The notes beneath the pieces were generated by a model that worked only from the letters and a program-made list of their open reading frames with translations, was not told the origin of the DNA and ran no database searches. DNA of 51,666 nucleotides, from NCBI GenBank assembly GCA_964400185.1, contig CAYNUI010000001.1:1-51666 (forward strand), in the 5' to 3' direction. The translations under genes were made by a program, and so were the position numbers. Shown here piece after piece: positions 28,193-37,149 of this stretch. The stretch comes from an uncultured Hyphomonas sp. GTDB lineage: Bacteria; Pseudomonadota; Alphaproteobacteria; Caulobacterales; Hyphomonadaceae. Each line of letters starts with the position of its first letter. The first letter of the stretch is position 1.

Positions 28193-30457
28193 TTAGTCTT
28201 TGGTGTAGTATTTCGCATAGGATTTGTAGCCGGAATGGCCATAACCCTGACGGTGATACTTGTTCATATCGACCCGGTTGATCGCGATACCAGTCACGTT
28301 CGCACCGAAATCGGTGAGAATGGACAGGGTTTCTTTCAGCGCCGCGCGATTGGTCTTCAGCCAACGAGCCACAACAACAACCTGGTCGACTTTGCTGGCG
28401 AGAACCCGCGTCTCAGCCATCAGCAAGATTGGGCCTGTATCGAAGATGATCAGGTCATATTGCTGGCGAAGTTGTGCGAGCAAGTCATCGAAGACTTTCG
28501 ATCCGAACACGTCACGCGGTGTGTGACGATCCACGGTCAGCGGTAGAATGTCGAGATCGGTCTTTTCATCTTTGACAATCGCCTGATCGATCGAGCATTC
28601 GCCAAACAGGCATTCTAGGAAGCCATTCTCAGGCTTCTTATCAATCGCATTGCTCGACAATTGCCGACGGCGGAAGTCGCCATCAATAACCAGCGTTTTC
28701 GTACCCGACATGGCGGACATACGGCCCAAGCCATAGGTCAGCGTCGACTTACCCTCATCTGGCTGAGACGACGTAATGGCGACGGTTTTGATCGTCGTGT
28801 CCAAGTCTGCGAACATCAGAGACGCCCTCAAATTTCGCAGCGCCTCCGCATAACTCGACATCGGATTGTTGATCAGATACTCGCCAGGATTGCGGCGCCC
28901 AACACCAGTGAGTTGCGGGAAGTTCCCGAGGAATGGGACTTTGAAGTTCGCTTCAACGTCTTCGCCCGTGCTAATCTGAGAATTCAGGGTCTCGATCACG
29001 ATCACAACGAGTGCGCCAAGCATACCGCCGAGGACCAACCCAATCATCAGATTGAGGTTTGTTTTCGGGAAGGCCGGCCAGCCAGGCGTAATCGCACGAG
29101 ACAAGATGCGCGCGTCAGCTTGGGCCAGGTCTTCCTGGTCATCAATCTGCTTGTAGCGCTCAAGATAGGTCTCATAGGTCGTCCGTGACGCCAGGGCATT
29201 TCGCTCCAGTTCGCGCAAACGGACGCTCGCACGATTGTTCTCGGCAACGGTCGCCCGCATGTTCGACAGGTTCCGTTCCAAACTGTTGAGGCGCTGACGA
29301 GAGATGGTGACTTCGCTCTCAAGGTTCGAAACGATGCGGCGGATTTCAGTTTGAATCTGCGCATTCACGTTCGCTAATTGGCGGCTATTTCGTTGAATCT
29401 CAGGGTGGTTGGGCAGATACCGGTTTTCGAGATCGGCCTTTTCGCGAAGGATTTCTTCCTGCTGACGACGAAGGGCCCCGACATTTGGCGACTGCAGCAC
29501 TTGCGTGCTGACTTCAGCCATGGAGCCTTCCTCTGCGAGTGTTCTGATCGAGTTGAGTCTCGCTTCGCGCTCCGCCAAATCCGCGCGCTGCACGATCAGC
29601 TGCGCGTTCAAGTCGGTCATTTGTTGTTCGTTGAGGGTCGTCGCCCCTGACGCAAACAAACCGGATGCAGAGCGGTAAGCTTCGACGAGGCTCTCGGCAT
29701 CATTTAGTTCTTCGCGCAACTCCGACAGACGGTCTTCGATCCAGGCATTCGCGCGGCGGGTCGCTTCATACTTCGCGTCCAACTGTTCGACCAGGTATTG
29801 GTCGGCAATCTCATTCGCGATCGCAGCCGCGAGTTGTGGATCGTAGCTGGATGCAGAGATCTCAATGCCGTATGTCGTGCCAAGCCGAAACGCGGTTGTT
29901 TTCCCCAGCAAGATGTTCACCGCTGTATCAAGCTCCGCCCGCGCCAATTCAGAGCTAGAAAGCTCCGGCACAGGAGCGGCGTCTGAACCTCCACGAACAA
30001 ACAGACCTCGGACAAACGAACTCACGGATCCTTTGAGTTTGTCCATCCGAGACGGTTCGCGCAAGGATGGATTAAACTCTGGCGACGCTGTCAGATTGAG
30101 CTTCTTGGCAATCTTCTCCATCAGCGTGCGTGACCGTAGGATTTGAACCTCGGTTTCGACGACAGCGGCGTTCGGCGCGAGGCCCGATAGCACCGAGCTG
30201 ACATCGACAACATTCGTCTCACGGACATCAATAATGACAGATGCGGACGTGCGATAAACCGGACGGGTTTGATAGGTCATCACCGCGACCGTTGTGAACA
30301 CCACGATCAAGGTCAGCAAAAACAAAGGCAGGCGCCGACGGAAAGCCCGGAGCACCTGATTTGGATCGGTGATTTTATCTTCGTTTGGAAGCCCATATTC
30401 CATCGCGTAGGCGGGGCGCTGTGGCGCGCGGGCATCCAGTCTAAATGGCTTGTTCAC
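28193..30457 (-). CDS. wzc: Polysaccharide co-polymerase / tyrosine autokinase
   Basis: Two TMs flanking a coiled-coil periplasmic domain; Walker A SSQPDEGKS, IDGDFR, DTGP; C-terminal Tyr cluster YHRQGYGHSGYKSYAKYY. Confidence 0.93.
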   Translation of the reverse strand: MNKPFRLDARAPQRPAYAMEYGLPNEDKITDPNQVLRAFRRRLPLFLLTLIVVFTTVAVMTYQTRPVYRTSASVIIDVRETNVVDVSSVLSGLAPNAAVVETEVQILRSRTLMEKIAKKLNLTASPEFNPSLREPSRMDKLKGSVSSFVRGLFVRGGSDAAPVPELSSSELARAELDTAVNILLGKTTAFRLGTTYGIEISASSYDPQLAAAIANEIADQYLVEQLDAKYEATRRANAWIEDRLSELREELNDAESLVEAYRSASGLFASGATTLNEQQMTDLNAQLIVQRADLAEREARLNSIRTLAEEGSMAEVSTQVLQSPNVGALRRQQEEILREKADLENRYLPNHPEIQRNSRQLANVNAQIQTEIRRIVSNLESEVTISRQRLNSLERNLSNMRATVAENNRASVRLRELERNALASRTTYETYLERYKQIDDQEDLAQADARILSRAITPGWPAFPKTNLNLMIGLVLGGMLGALVVIVIETLNSQISTGEDVEANFKVPFLGNFPQLTGVGRRNPGEYLINNPMSSYAEALRNLRASLMFADLDTTIKTVAITSSQPDEGKSTLTYGLGRMSAMSGTKTLVIDGDFRRRQLSSNAIDKKPENGFLECLFGECSIDQAIVKDEKTDLDILPLTVDRHTPRDVFGSKVFDDLLAQLRQQYDLIIFDTGPILLMAETRVLASKVDQVVVVARWLKTNRAALKETLSILTDFGANVTGIAINRVDMNKYHRQGYGHSGYKSYAKYYTKD

Positions 30458-30496
30458 AATACACGTCCTTTATTGGCACAAGGCTTCTCCTGTGCC

Positions 30497-30512
30497 AGCA
30501 AATCTCAGGCCG
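30497..30512 (-). promoter_or_regulatory. Putative internal sigma54 promoter for wzc
   Basis: Minus strand CGGCCTGAGATTTGCT, adjacent to a TGGCACA/TGTGCCA inverted repeat (30474-30497). Confidence 0.5.
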
Positions 30513-30523
30513 CGATTGGTCCC

Positions 30524-31786
30524 CTATGGAAAAATGCGCAAGCCTACAAGAAAGCGATTTTCTGAAAAATCTTGCACATCAGAAGTTTGGTCCGTCAACT
30601 CATAAGAGCCATCGACCCAAAGATTCCGGTTCACTTTCCAAGTTGTGGACGCTCTGAAGTTCCAACGGTCGTCAGAACGGGCAAAGTTTTCGAACTCGAA
30701 CTGGGTGTAGCGAACCTCGCCAGAGACAAGCACATTGCGTCGTAATTCATGATCGGCGCGAACACTTGCATTTGTGCGCACCGCACCGCTGGTCTGCACG
30801 AGACCTGGATCGATGATTTCGCGGCCGGCGGCGAAGTTGATGGTTGTCAGCTGAGTGACGAACCATTGCATATTGGCGTCCAAAGACAGTCCGTCGACAT
30901 CGCTAAAGGTCGGCTCATCGAACTCGCTTTGGAAGTAACCAATACCGATATCCCCGCGAATGAGACTTTGAAGCTCGAAATTCACACCACCGCGAAGCGA
31001 CGTGTCCGTAAAGTCGCGAATGGTTGTGTTGAAGACGTTTGGCTGGTCAAAGCTCGTCTCGTTGTGATTCAACTCCGCGAAAACAGCCCAGTCGCGTTCG
31101 ACCGCGAAGTCCACCCGAAGGTTCGTGAACACATCGTCTGAATCCCGGAAGTCCTGGTCTTGGATCAGGCCGGAATCGAGCTCGACATCATCAAAATCTG
31201 CCGTAACAAAACCGACCCCGCCATTTATGCGCAAGCGGCCAGCTTCGTAACTTGCTCCGAGTTCGGCGCCGGTACGGGTATATTCCACCGGCTCCAGAGC
31301 GTTCTGAAGGCTAGCAATGTTCGACCGTGGCTCTGTCAAATCGTCAAAGATCACACCGCCATAGACGTTAAATTGGGACGACACGTCCAACCCCGCATTG
31401 GCGCGCAGATTGATATTCGTGCGGCTTTCTGAATCCACATCATTATACTCGATATGATCGACAGTTCCGCCGAAGGAGAGCGAATGACGGCTCCAGGTGG
31501 AGTTGAAGTTGATCGATGGAATGATGCCAACAAAAATATCGTCGATTTCATTCGTATTGGTCGCAAATAGGTTGTCCGTGAATCCCGTTCGGAAGGCGAC
31601 TTCCGGCGAAATTTCAAACCCATTCGCTTGCAAACGAATAGGATCATATTCGGGCTGAGAGCGCTCCGTCACCGCTTGATACTTGTCGCGCACGAAATAG
31701 TCTTCGCCTTGCGCGTGTGCGGTGCCGGCGCTCGCTAAGATCCCTACGAGAGCGACGGCGCTCAGCTGTGAAAAACTCTTTTTCAT
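30524..31786 (-). CDS. Outer membrane beta-barrel protein (EPS-associated, BBP2/VpsM/EpsX-like)
   Basis: Signal peptide (AHA-Q), amphipathic beta-strand pattern, TDNLFA, C-terminal FLVGLRIFP; lies between the OPX gene and wzc. Confidence 0.85.
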   Translation of the reverse strand: MKKSFSQLSAVALVGILASAGTAHAQGEDYFVRDKYQAVTERSQPEYDPIRLQANGFEISPEVAFRTGFTDNLFATNTNEIDDIFVGIIPSINFNSTWSRHSLSFGGTVDHIEYNDVDSESRTNINLRANAGLDVSSQFNVYGGVIFDDLTEPRSNIASLQNALEPVEYTRTGAELGASYEAGRLRINGGVGFVTADFDDVELDSGLIQDQDFRDSDDVFTNLRVDFAVERDWAVFAELNHNETSFDQPNVFNTTIRDFTDTSLRGGVNFELQSLIRGDIGIGYFQSEFDEPTFSDVDGLSLDANMQWFVTQLTTINFAAGREIIDPGLVQTSGAVRTNASVRADHELRRNVLVSGEVRYTQFEFENFARSDDRWNFRASTTWKVNRNLWVDGSYELTDQTSDVQDFSENRFLVGLRIFP

Positions 31787-31900
31787 ATCAAGTCGTGCCT
31801 ATTTACGGTGCCATAATCGGCGGCAACTTTGCCTCAAAAGGTGTAGGTCGAATTAATTCGATCCGAAAATAAATGAGGAGCTTCGATGCCGGAGCAAAAT

Positions 31901-32377
31901 TTATTCTTGGTAATCAGAAGATGGCGGCATCGGCCCGCTGAGAGGCGGTAATTCACCGGCTTCTGTAATGATCAAGCTGTTTTCCGAGTGTTGCGCGCCA
32001 GCGCCCTCAGGTACCTCAACTTCAAAATAGGGAAGCTCTGGTTCCTCGAACGTGATCAAACGCGCTTCGACGGCAGGTAAATCATATTCAGCGAGGACGA
32101 GCATCTCATTCGCATATGTGTTCAGGTTGCCGCAAATATTGTCGGACACCGAAAGAATCCTCAGGGATTCCAAAACATCAGTAATGTCGGCTTCGATCCG
32201 CGCGACCTCTTCGCGATAGTCCGCTTGCAGCTCATCCATGGTTTCGCAGGAGGCGTAGGCGGCAACCGTCCAGGCTAAGACCTGCGAGGTATCATTTGCT
32301 GGATCCGCGCTATCGGCCACAGCCGGAGCACCCAGGGTCGCCACCATCGCGATCGGAACAAGGAATTTACTGTACAT
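31901..32377 (-). CDS. Hypothetical secreted acidic protein
   Basis: AGGGGA RBS, signal peptide (AVA-D), two Cys, Pro/Ser-rich tail. Confidence 0.7.
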   Translation of the reverse strand: MYSKFLVPIAMVATLGAPAVADSADPANDTSQVLAWTVAAYASCETMDELQADYREEVARIEADITDVLESLRILSVSDNICGNLNTYANEMLVLAEYDLPAVEARLITFEEPELPYFEVEVPEGAGAQHSENSLIITEAGELPPLSGPMPPSSDYQE

Positions 32378-32454
32378 AAGGTTGTCCCCTTTTTTTGTTT
32401 TATAACCGAAACGAGCGGCCCAGGAAAGTCCAGCTCCCCTGTCACGCGAACCGG

Positions 32455-33030
32455 CTAGAAAAAGCGCTCTACGACGCGAATTGTATCGCCTGGCAGAATA
32501 GGCGTCGCTGGGCTGAGACGCACGCGGTATTCTTGCGGGTCATCAGCGCCTTTTATGAAGATAATTGTCTCATTGGCGCGATAGGTGAAGCCACCTGCCG
32601 TGGCGATCGCGTTCAAAACCGTCAATCCATCAGAGTAAGGATACTGGCCAGGTGAGCGAACTTCACCGAGTATGTAGAATGGCCCGTAATTCATGACTTC
32701 CGCGTTGACACGCGGCGTGCGCAAATAGCCGTCGGCATAGCGGGCTTCGACAGCATCTTGGAATTCGCTAATGGTCAGATCGAGAGCTGAAACCTGTCCG
32801 ATGAGCGGCAATGAAACGGTACCGGACCCATCCAGAAAATACTCACCAGAGAGCTGCGGCTCATTGAACACTGTGACACGAATTTGGTCACCGCCAGCCA
32901 GCCTATAGTCGCCGACGATGCGATCCGTAATCGCGCTATCATCCGACGAAGTGCCCCCGATTGGAGTCGCTTGGCATGCCGTCAATCCGACCAAAGCGAA
33001 GAGAGCAAGACCTAATCCAACGCGCTTCAT
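32455..33030 (-). CDS. wza: Short OPX/Wza-family polysaccharide export lipoprotein (Poly_export + SLBB only)
   Basis: Lipobox LTAC, YRLAGGDQIRVTV, GTVSLPLIG, GEVRSPGQY, ends PGDTIRVVERFF. ATG 33030 is better spaced from AAGGA than 33039. Confidence 0.88.
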   Translation of the reverse strand: MKRVGLGLALFALVGLTACQATPIGGTSSDDSAITDRIVGDYRLAGGDQIRVTVFNEPQLSGEYFLDGSGTVSLPLIGQVSALDLTISEFQDAVEARYADGYLRTPRVNAEVMNYGPFYILGEVRSPGQYPYSDGLTVLNAIATAGGFTYRANETIIFIKGADDPQEYRVRLSPATPILPGDTIRVVERFF

Positions 33031-33051
33031 ATCACCCATTCCTTATTCAAC

Positions 33052-33960
33052 TCATCTTTCGGTAGCGATGAATCCTACCGATTGTCCCGTTAATTTAGCA
33101 GCCGTCAGACGCCCCGTAAAATAAGCGCCTGTATCGACATTGATCCGTCTGTGATCATGGTGAGGCGCATCAATTGGCGTATGCCCATGGACGACCATCA
33201 CATCGAAGGACGAGTTTCCATCCAAGAATTCGTCCCTGATCCACATTAGATCATGATCTTCTTGCTCTGCGAATTTCTTGCCAGGTTTAAGCCCGGCATG
33301 AACGAAGCCATAGCCGCCGATCTGCACCCGTGTCGGCAAGGTCCGAAAAAAGGTTTGATGCGCGTTCGGAAAGGCTTTCAAAAACGCATCATGCGCCTCG
33401 TCCCATTCAGAATTGAGCGACATGCTGCGCGGAGGTTTCACGCCATAAGAGACCAGAGTTTCGCGCCCGCCATACGCTGCCCACTTCGGCCCGAACCCGG
33501 GGTCCGACAGGAACGACAGGAGCGCATCTTCATGATTTCCTTTAAGAAAATAGGTCTCGTAGCGTGCCATACGATCACTGAGCAGCGTTTCGATCACTTG
33601 CCGCGATTGCAAACCGCGATCGATGTAATCGCCGAGGAACACCACATGCACGGCCCCGTCAAAATTCTCGGCGTCCGCGTCAATTCGGTCCAGGAGTTTT
33701 TCCAACAGATCCGCCCGTCCGTGAATGTCGCCGATCGCATAGACGAGTGTGTCAGGATCCAGAAGCGGCCCATCGCGGCGCTTAATCTGGACGACCTGCT
33801 CTTCTTTTTGGGCCAAGCTTGGAGACGGCTTTGCCGGTTTCGTCCGAGAAATTATGCCGAGGTCAGACAAGCGGGCATAGATAAAACCAGCCATCGTTCT
33901 AACGAACGAAACCGTCACTCTCGCCACCCAGCGTAGTATCGATCGCAGTGCCTGTTTCAT
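33052..33960 (-). CDS. Metallophosphoesterase, PPP-family Ser/Thr(/Tyr) protein phosphatase
   Basis: GDIHG, GDYIDRG, GNHE, HAG, HGHT, DTGA. Confidence 0.9.
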   Translation of the reverse strand: MKQALRSILRWVARVTVSFVRTMAGFIYARLSDLGIISRTKPAKPSPSLAQKEEQVVQIKRRDGPLLDPDTLVYAIGDIHGRADLLEKLLDRIDADAENFDGAVHVVFLGDYIDRGLQSRQVIETLLSDRMARYETYFLKGNHEDALLSFLSDPGFGPKWAAYGGRETLVSYGVKPPRSMSLNSEWDEAHDAFLKAFPNAHQTFFRTLPTRVQIGGYGFVHAGLKPGKKFAEQEDHDLMWIRDEFLDGNSSFDVMVVHGHTPIDAPHHDHRRINVDTGAYFTGRLTAAKLTGQSVGFIATER

Positions 33961-34063
33961 GCAAATCGCTAAATAAATCCCCGTGGTTCCATCTTATAGC
34001 CGGAAAATTCCGATCAACCAATGGCTACGGGTATTTGGGTCCTGTTGTTACCACCGATGTCTA

Positions 34064-34079
34064 TGCATCGATCATACCA
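34064..34079 (-). promoter_or_regulatory. sigma54 promoter for the export operon
   Basis: Minus strand TGGTATGATCGATGCA. Confidence 0.65.
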
Positions 34080-34091
34080 GGCAAATTATGG

Positions 34092-34301
34092 CTAAAATAG
34101 CAGTCGAAACAGAGCGGTCCAAAACAAGCCGCAAAACAGGGTGAGACCCACCGCGGTCCACCAAAACGGCCATTTGTCTGCCGATTCCAGTCCCGCTTCG
34201 TCGCCAAAGGCCTGACCGCGCGGGCCTAAGAAGTCCACAACATTGGCGTTGGCTTCATTTTGGCGGGTGAAATAGCGCATAGGCGTTTCTTGGGTCTGCA
34301 T
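34092..34301 (-). CDS. Small single-pass membrane protein
   Basis: C-terminal KWPFWWTAVGLTLFCGLFWTALFRLLF helix; fills the intergenic gap. Start is 34301 or 34280. Confidence 0.55.
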   Translation of the reverse strand: MQTQETPMRYFTRQNEANANVVDFLGPRGQAFGDEAGLESADKWPFWWTAVGLTLFCGLFWTALFRLLF

Positions 34302-34450
34302 GCAATCCGGTATAGGGTGCCAAGATTGATCAGTTCTTAATCAAGCTCTTCGTCTTTGAACGATTTTCTGAACGCTACTTGCAAAGCAAATCTAGCACGA
34401 TTCTTGAAACCGGCGAAGAGTTCTTTGCGAATAGGGTCTTACTTTAGCCG

Positions 34451-35065
34451 ATGCTCACAGTTCGACATCTTTTTCTTGTGCCAGTCTTTGCCTGTCTTTT
34501 GATCGGGATGATCTCTGGCATTGGCGTGTTCCAAACGCATTCGGTGACGAACGATCTGTTCAGCGGCAAGAGCAATCCGGTTTCAAAAGCCGAGCAGCTA
34601 TTGGCTCAAGAGCGCGTTAAACGACCGGGGGTTTGGATCGAAACAGCAAACATGCTGTCTTCTTCCGGGACACGACATGACGCCCTCGCAATTGAATTGC
34701 TAACCCGAGCGCTCGCCGTAGATCCGTATCATCCGGATAGCTGGGCGCTCCTGTCCTTCCTGCACACGCGGTCAGCAGGCGCGTTTTCTCCAGACGCCGC
34801 CGCGGCGCTGAAAACCTCTTTCGAGATTTGTGGCTATTGCGGAGACGATTTGATCCAATGGCGCTTTAGCTTCGTTTTGCAGCATTGGGAGAACGTGTCT
34901 GAGGAGTTGCGTATGGCCGCGTTCTCAAGCGCCGATTTCTTGCGCTGGTGGCATTTGCGGTATGACTATTTGAACGACGTTCGAGAGCAAGCCATCGCCC
35001 GAGGAATTCCATTTGATGAGTATCGTCGCAAAGTCGGAACCCATGTTCGCCCAAACGAAGTCTAG
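34451..35065 (+). CDS. Hypothetical membrane-anchored TPR-like periplasmic protein
   Basis: N-terminal TM, LLTRALAVDPYHPDSWALLS TPR-like motif, CGYC. Confidence 0.7.
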   Translation: MLTVRHLFLVPVFACLLIGMISGIGVFQTHSVTNDLFSGKSNPVSKAEQLLAQERVKRPGVWIETANMLSSSGTRHDALAIELLTRALAVDPYHPDSWALLSFLHTRSAGAFSPDAAAALKTSFEICGYCGDDLIQWRFSFVLQHWENVSEELRMAAFSSADFLRWWHLRYDYLNDVREQAIARGIPFDEYRRKVGTHVRPNEV

Positions 35066-35086
35066 GGTTCTTCGCGTTTTAGACGG

Positions 35087-36178
35087 TTAGATATTGATCC
35101 CGTTCGCTTCAAGCACGGCTTTGATCTTGGCTTTGAAAATCTCGGGTCCGAACTTACCAGCGTGCGCCTGGATCGCGTCCGCATCAAAGTTCAGCGACTC
35201 GAAACGCTCAACAGCATATTGAAGTGCCTCGACGGTTTGCTCCGTGAACAGAATACCCGTCTCGCCGTCGACCACTGTATCCAGCGCCCCGCCTTTGCCA
35301 AAAGCGATGACCGGCCGACCCGTGGCCATCACTTCCACTGGGATCATCCCAAAATCCTCTTCGCCCGGGAACACCAGAGCTTTACACTCTCCAAACCTCT
35401 GTTTTAGTTCGGAAAAATCGACACGCCCGAGGAAGGAAACATTGGGCCCAGCTCGACGTTCTAGGGCTTTGCGCTCTTCGCCATCGCCCACAATTAGGAG
35501 CTTTTGACCGGTCTTCGTGAACGCATCAACGACGAGATCAAATCGCTTATATCCAACCAGTTCGCCGGCCGCGAGATAGTATTCGCCCCGACCGTCTTTG
35601 CGCGCAGCGGCGAATTCAGAAACGGCCACGGGCGGATGAATGACGTCACTGTCTCGGCGGTAGAACTTGTTGATCCGACGACGGACAAAGCTGGAATTTG
35701 CGACGAACTGATCGACACGCGCCGCGCTTGTGACGTCCCAAGTCCGCAATCTATGGGCAATGCCGGGAAACGCTTGTCTGGCGAGGAATCCAGCGCCGTT
35801 TAGATAGTGCGGATAGAGATCCCAAATATAGCGCATCGGCGAGTGGCAATAGCAAAGATGAAACGCATCTGGATTGGTGATCACGCCCTTTGCGGGTCCG
35901 GACTCCGAAGAGATCACCAGATCATAGTCAGACAGATCCAGCTCTTCCAAAGCCCTCGGCATGAAGGGCAGATATTTTTGATAATGCGCTTTTGCGAATG
36001 GCAGCTTTGAGATGAAACTGGTTTTGATCTCGTGTCGATTGAGTGTGTCACTTAACTCGGAGCGGTCAACGACGTGCGTGTAAATGTCTGCGTCTGGAAA
36101 CATTTCACAAAATGACTCCAGAACGCGTTCGCCGCCTCGCATCTTCGTCAACCAATAATGTACCAGCGCGACACGCAT
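35087..36178 (-). CDS. Glycosyltransferase family 4
   Basis: RGGERV, YCHSPMRY.WD, ANS, YKR.D, EEDFGMIPVEVMA. GGAGG RBS. Confidence 0.92.
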   Translation of the reverse strand: MRVALVHYWLTKMRGGERVLESFCEMFPDADIYTHVVDRSELSDTLNRHEIKTSFISKLPFAKAHYQKYLPFMPRALEELDLSDYDLVISSESGPAKGVITNPDAFHLCYCHSPMRYIWDLYPHYLNGAGFLARQAFPGIAHRLRTWDVTSAARVDQFVANSSFVRRRINKFYRRDSDVIHPPVAVSEFAAARKDGRGEYYLAAGELVGYKRFDLVVDAFTKTGQKLLIVGDGEERKALERRAGPNVSFLGRVDFSELKQRFGECKALVFPGEEDFGMIPVEVMATGRPVIAFGKGGALDTVVDGETGILFTEQTVEALQYAVERFESLNFDADAIQAHAGKFGPEIFKAKIKAVLEANGINI

Positions 36179-36209
36179 ATTTCATTCACCTCCGTGACAC
36201 GGTCGGCTC

Positions 36210-36225
36210 TGCAAATTCGGAGCCC
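36210..36225 (-). promoter_or_regulatory. Putative sigma54 promoter
   Basis: Minus strand GGGCTCCGAATTTGCA, downstream of the terminator and 31 nt before ATG 36178. Confidence 0.55.
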
Positions 36226-36261
36226 AGTGCACGCGTTATAGAGAAGCTATTGTTGGAATGT

Positions 36262-36288
36262 AAAAGCCGGGCACATGCGCCGGCTTTT
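36262..36288. terminator. Intrinsic (bidirectional-type) terminator after the priming transferase
   Basis: AAAAGCCGG-GCACATGCG-CCGGCTTTT. Confidence 0.72.
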
Positions 36289-36310
36289 GGAGACATAGAT
36301 TTGTTTAGGT

Positions 36311-37000
36311 CTAGATCGCGCCGTCAGATTTCAGAACGGCAGGAATGGTCAGAGCCATAATTTTCAGATCGCCAAGATAAGACCATTCAGTAACGTATTT
36401 GACGTCTAATTCAACGCGCTCTTCATAGGTCGTGGCGCTGCGACCGCTGACTTGCCAAAGGCCGGTCAAACCTGGGCGCACGCGGCAATAATATGGGAAG
36501 AACTCGCCATACTTATCGATCTCGCTTTCCACGATTGGGCGCGGTCCGACAATCGCCATCTCACCACGCAGCACGTTGACCAATTGTGGGAGCTCGTCGA
36601 GCGATGTTTTGCGAAGGAACTTTCCAAATCGAGTGACACGTGGGTCGTTTTCGATCTTCTGGTTCGCCCGCCATTCAGCGCGTGCTTTTGGGCTGTCATT
36701 TAAGAGGCGCGGGAGTTTTTCTTCTGCATCAATCTCCATTGAGCGAAATTTGACGCATTTGAAGGACTTACCATTGCGACCGATACGCGTGTGACGGAAC
36801 AAAATCGGACCGCCGTCGACCAAGCGCACAGCGATGGCAATGATGAGCATTGCGGGCGACAAGAAAATCAACCCAATCAATGCCAGAATAATATCTGTAC
36901 CGCGCTTGAAGGCGCTGGATACGCGATTCTCAGGGTTGGCATTCTGGAACGCGACATAATCCGCGTCGGGAATGTCACGCATATAAGGCTGGTAACCCAT
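36311..37000 (-). CDS. Priming undecaprenyl-phosphate sugar-1-phosphate transferase (ExoY/WbaP C-terminal-like)
   Basis: KRGTD, KFRSM, DPRVT..G.FLRKTSLDELPQL.NV..GEM..VGPRP, PGLTGLWQVSGR. Confidence 0.93.
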   Translation of the reverse strand: MGYQPYMRDIPDADYVAFQNANPENRVSSAFKRGTDIILALIGLIFLSPAMLIIAIAVRLVDGGPILFRHTRIGRNGKSFKCVKFRSMEIDAEEKLPRLLNDSPKARAEWRANQKIENDPRVTRFGKFLRKTSLDELPQLVNVLRGEMAIVGPRPIVESEIDKYGEFFPYYCRVRPGLTGLWQVSGRSATTYEERVELDVKYVTEWSYLGDLKIMALTIPAVLKSDGAI

Positions 37001-37059
37001 TTTTCGTCCCACAAATTTCCCAGTGACCGAAGTTCACAATGATAGCTCGACAGGTCCCC

Positions 37060-37075
37060 AGCAATTTCCTTGCCA
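37060..37075 (-). promoter_or_regulatory. sigma54 promoter for the priming transferase
   Basis: Minus strand TGGCAAGGAAATTGCT, one mismatch to consensus. Confidence 0.78.
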
Positions 37076-37149
37076 ACCTTGTGTCAAAGCCGTCATTTTG
37101 AGCGAAACTTAGATCGTCGTCCCAGAGATACTCTAACTCGACCAACATA

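Noticed and set aside
34326-34344. FNR/FixK box (TTGAT...ATCAA)
   Set aside because: The spacer is 9 nt, not the required 4.
22424-37000. Holdfast (hfs) locus
   Set aside because: A deacetylase, flippase and priming transferase are present, but Wzc is a fused kinase rather than split HfsA/HfsB, the OPX is paired with a barrel, and no hfa anchor genes are visible.
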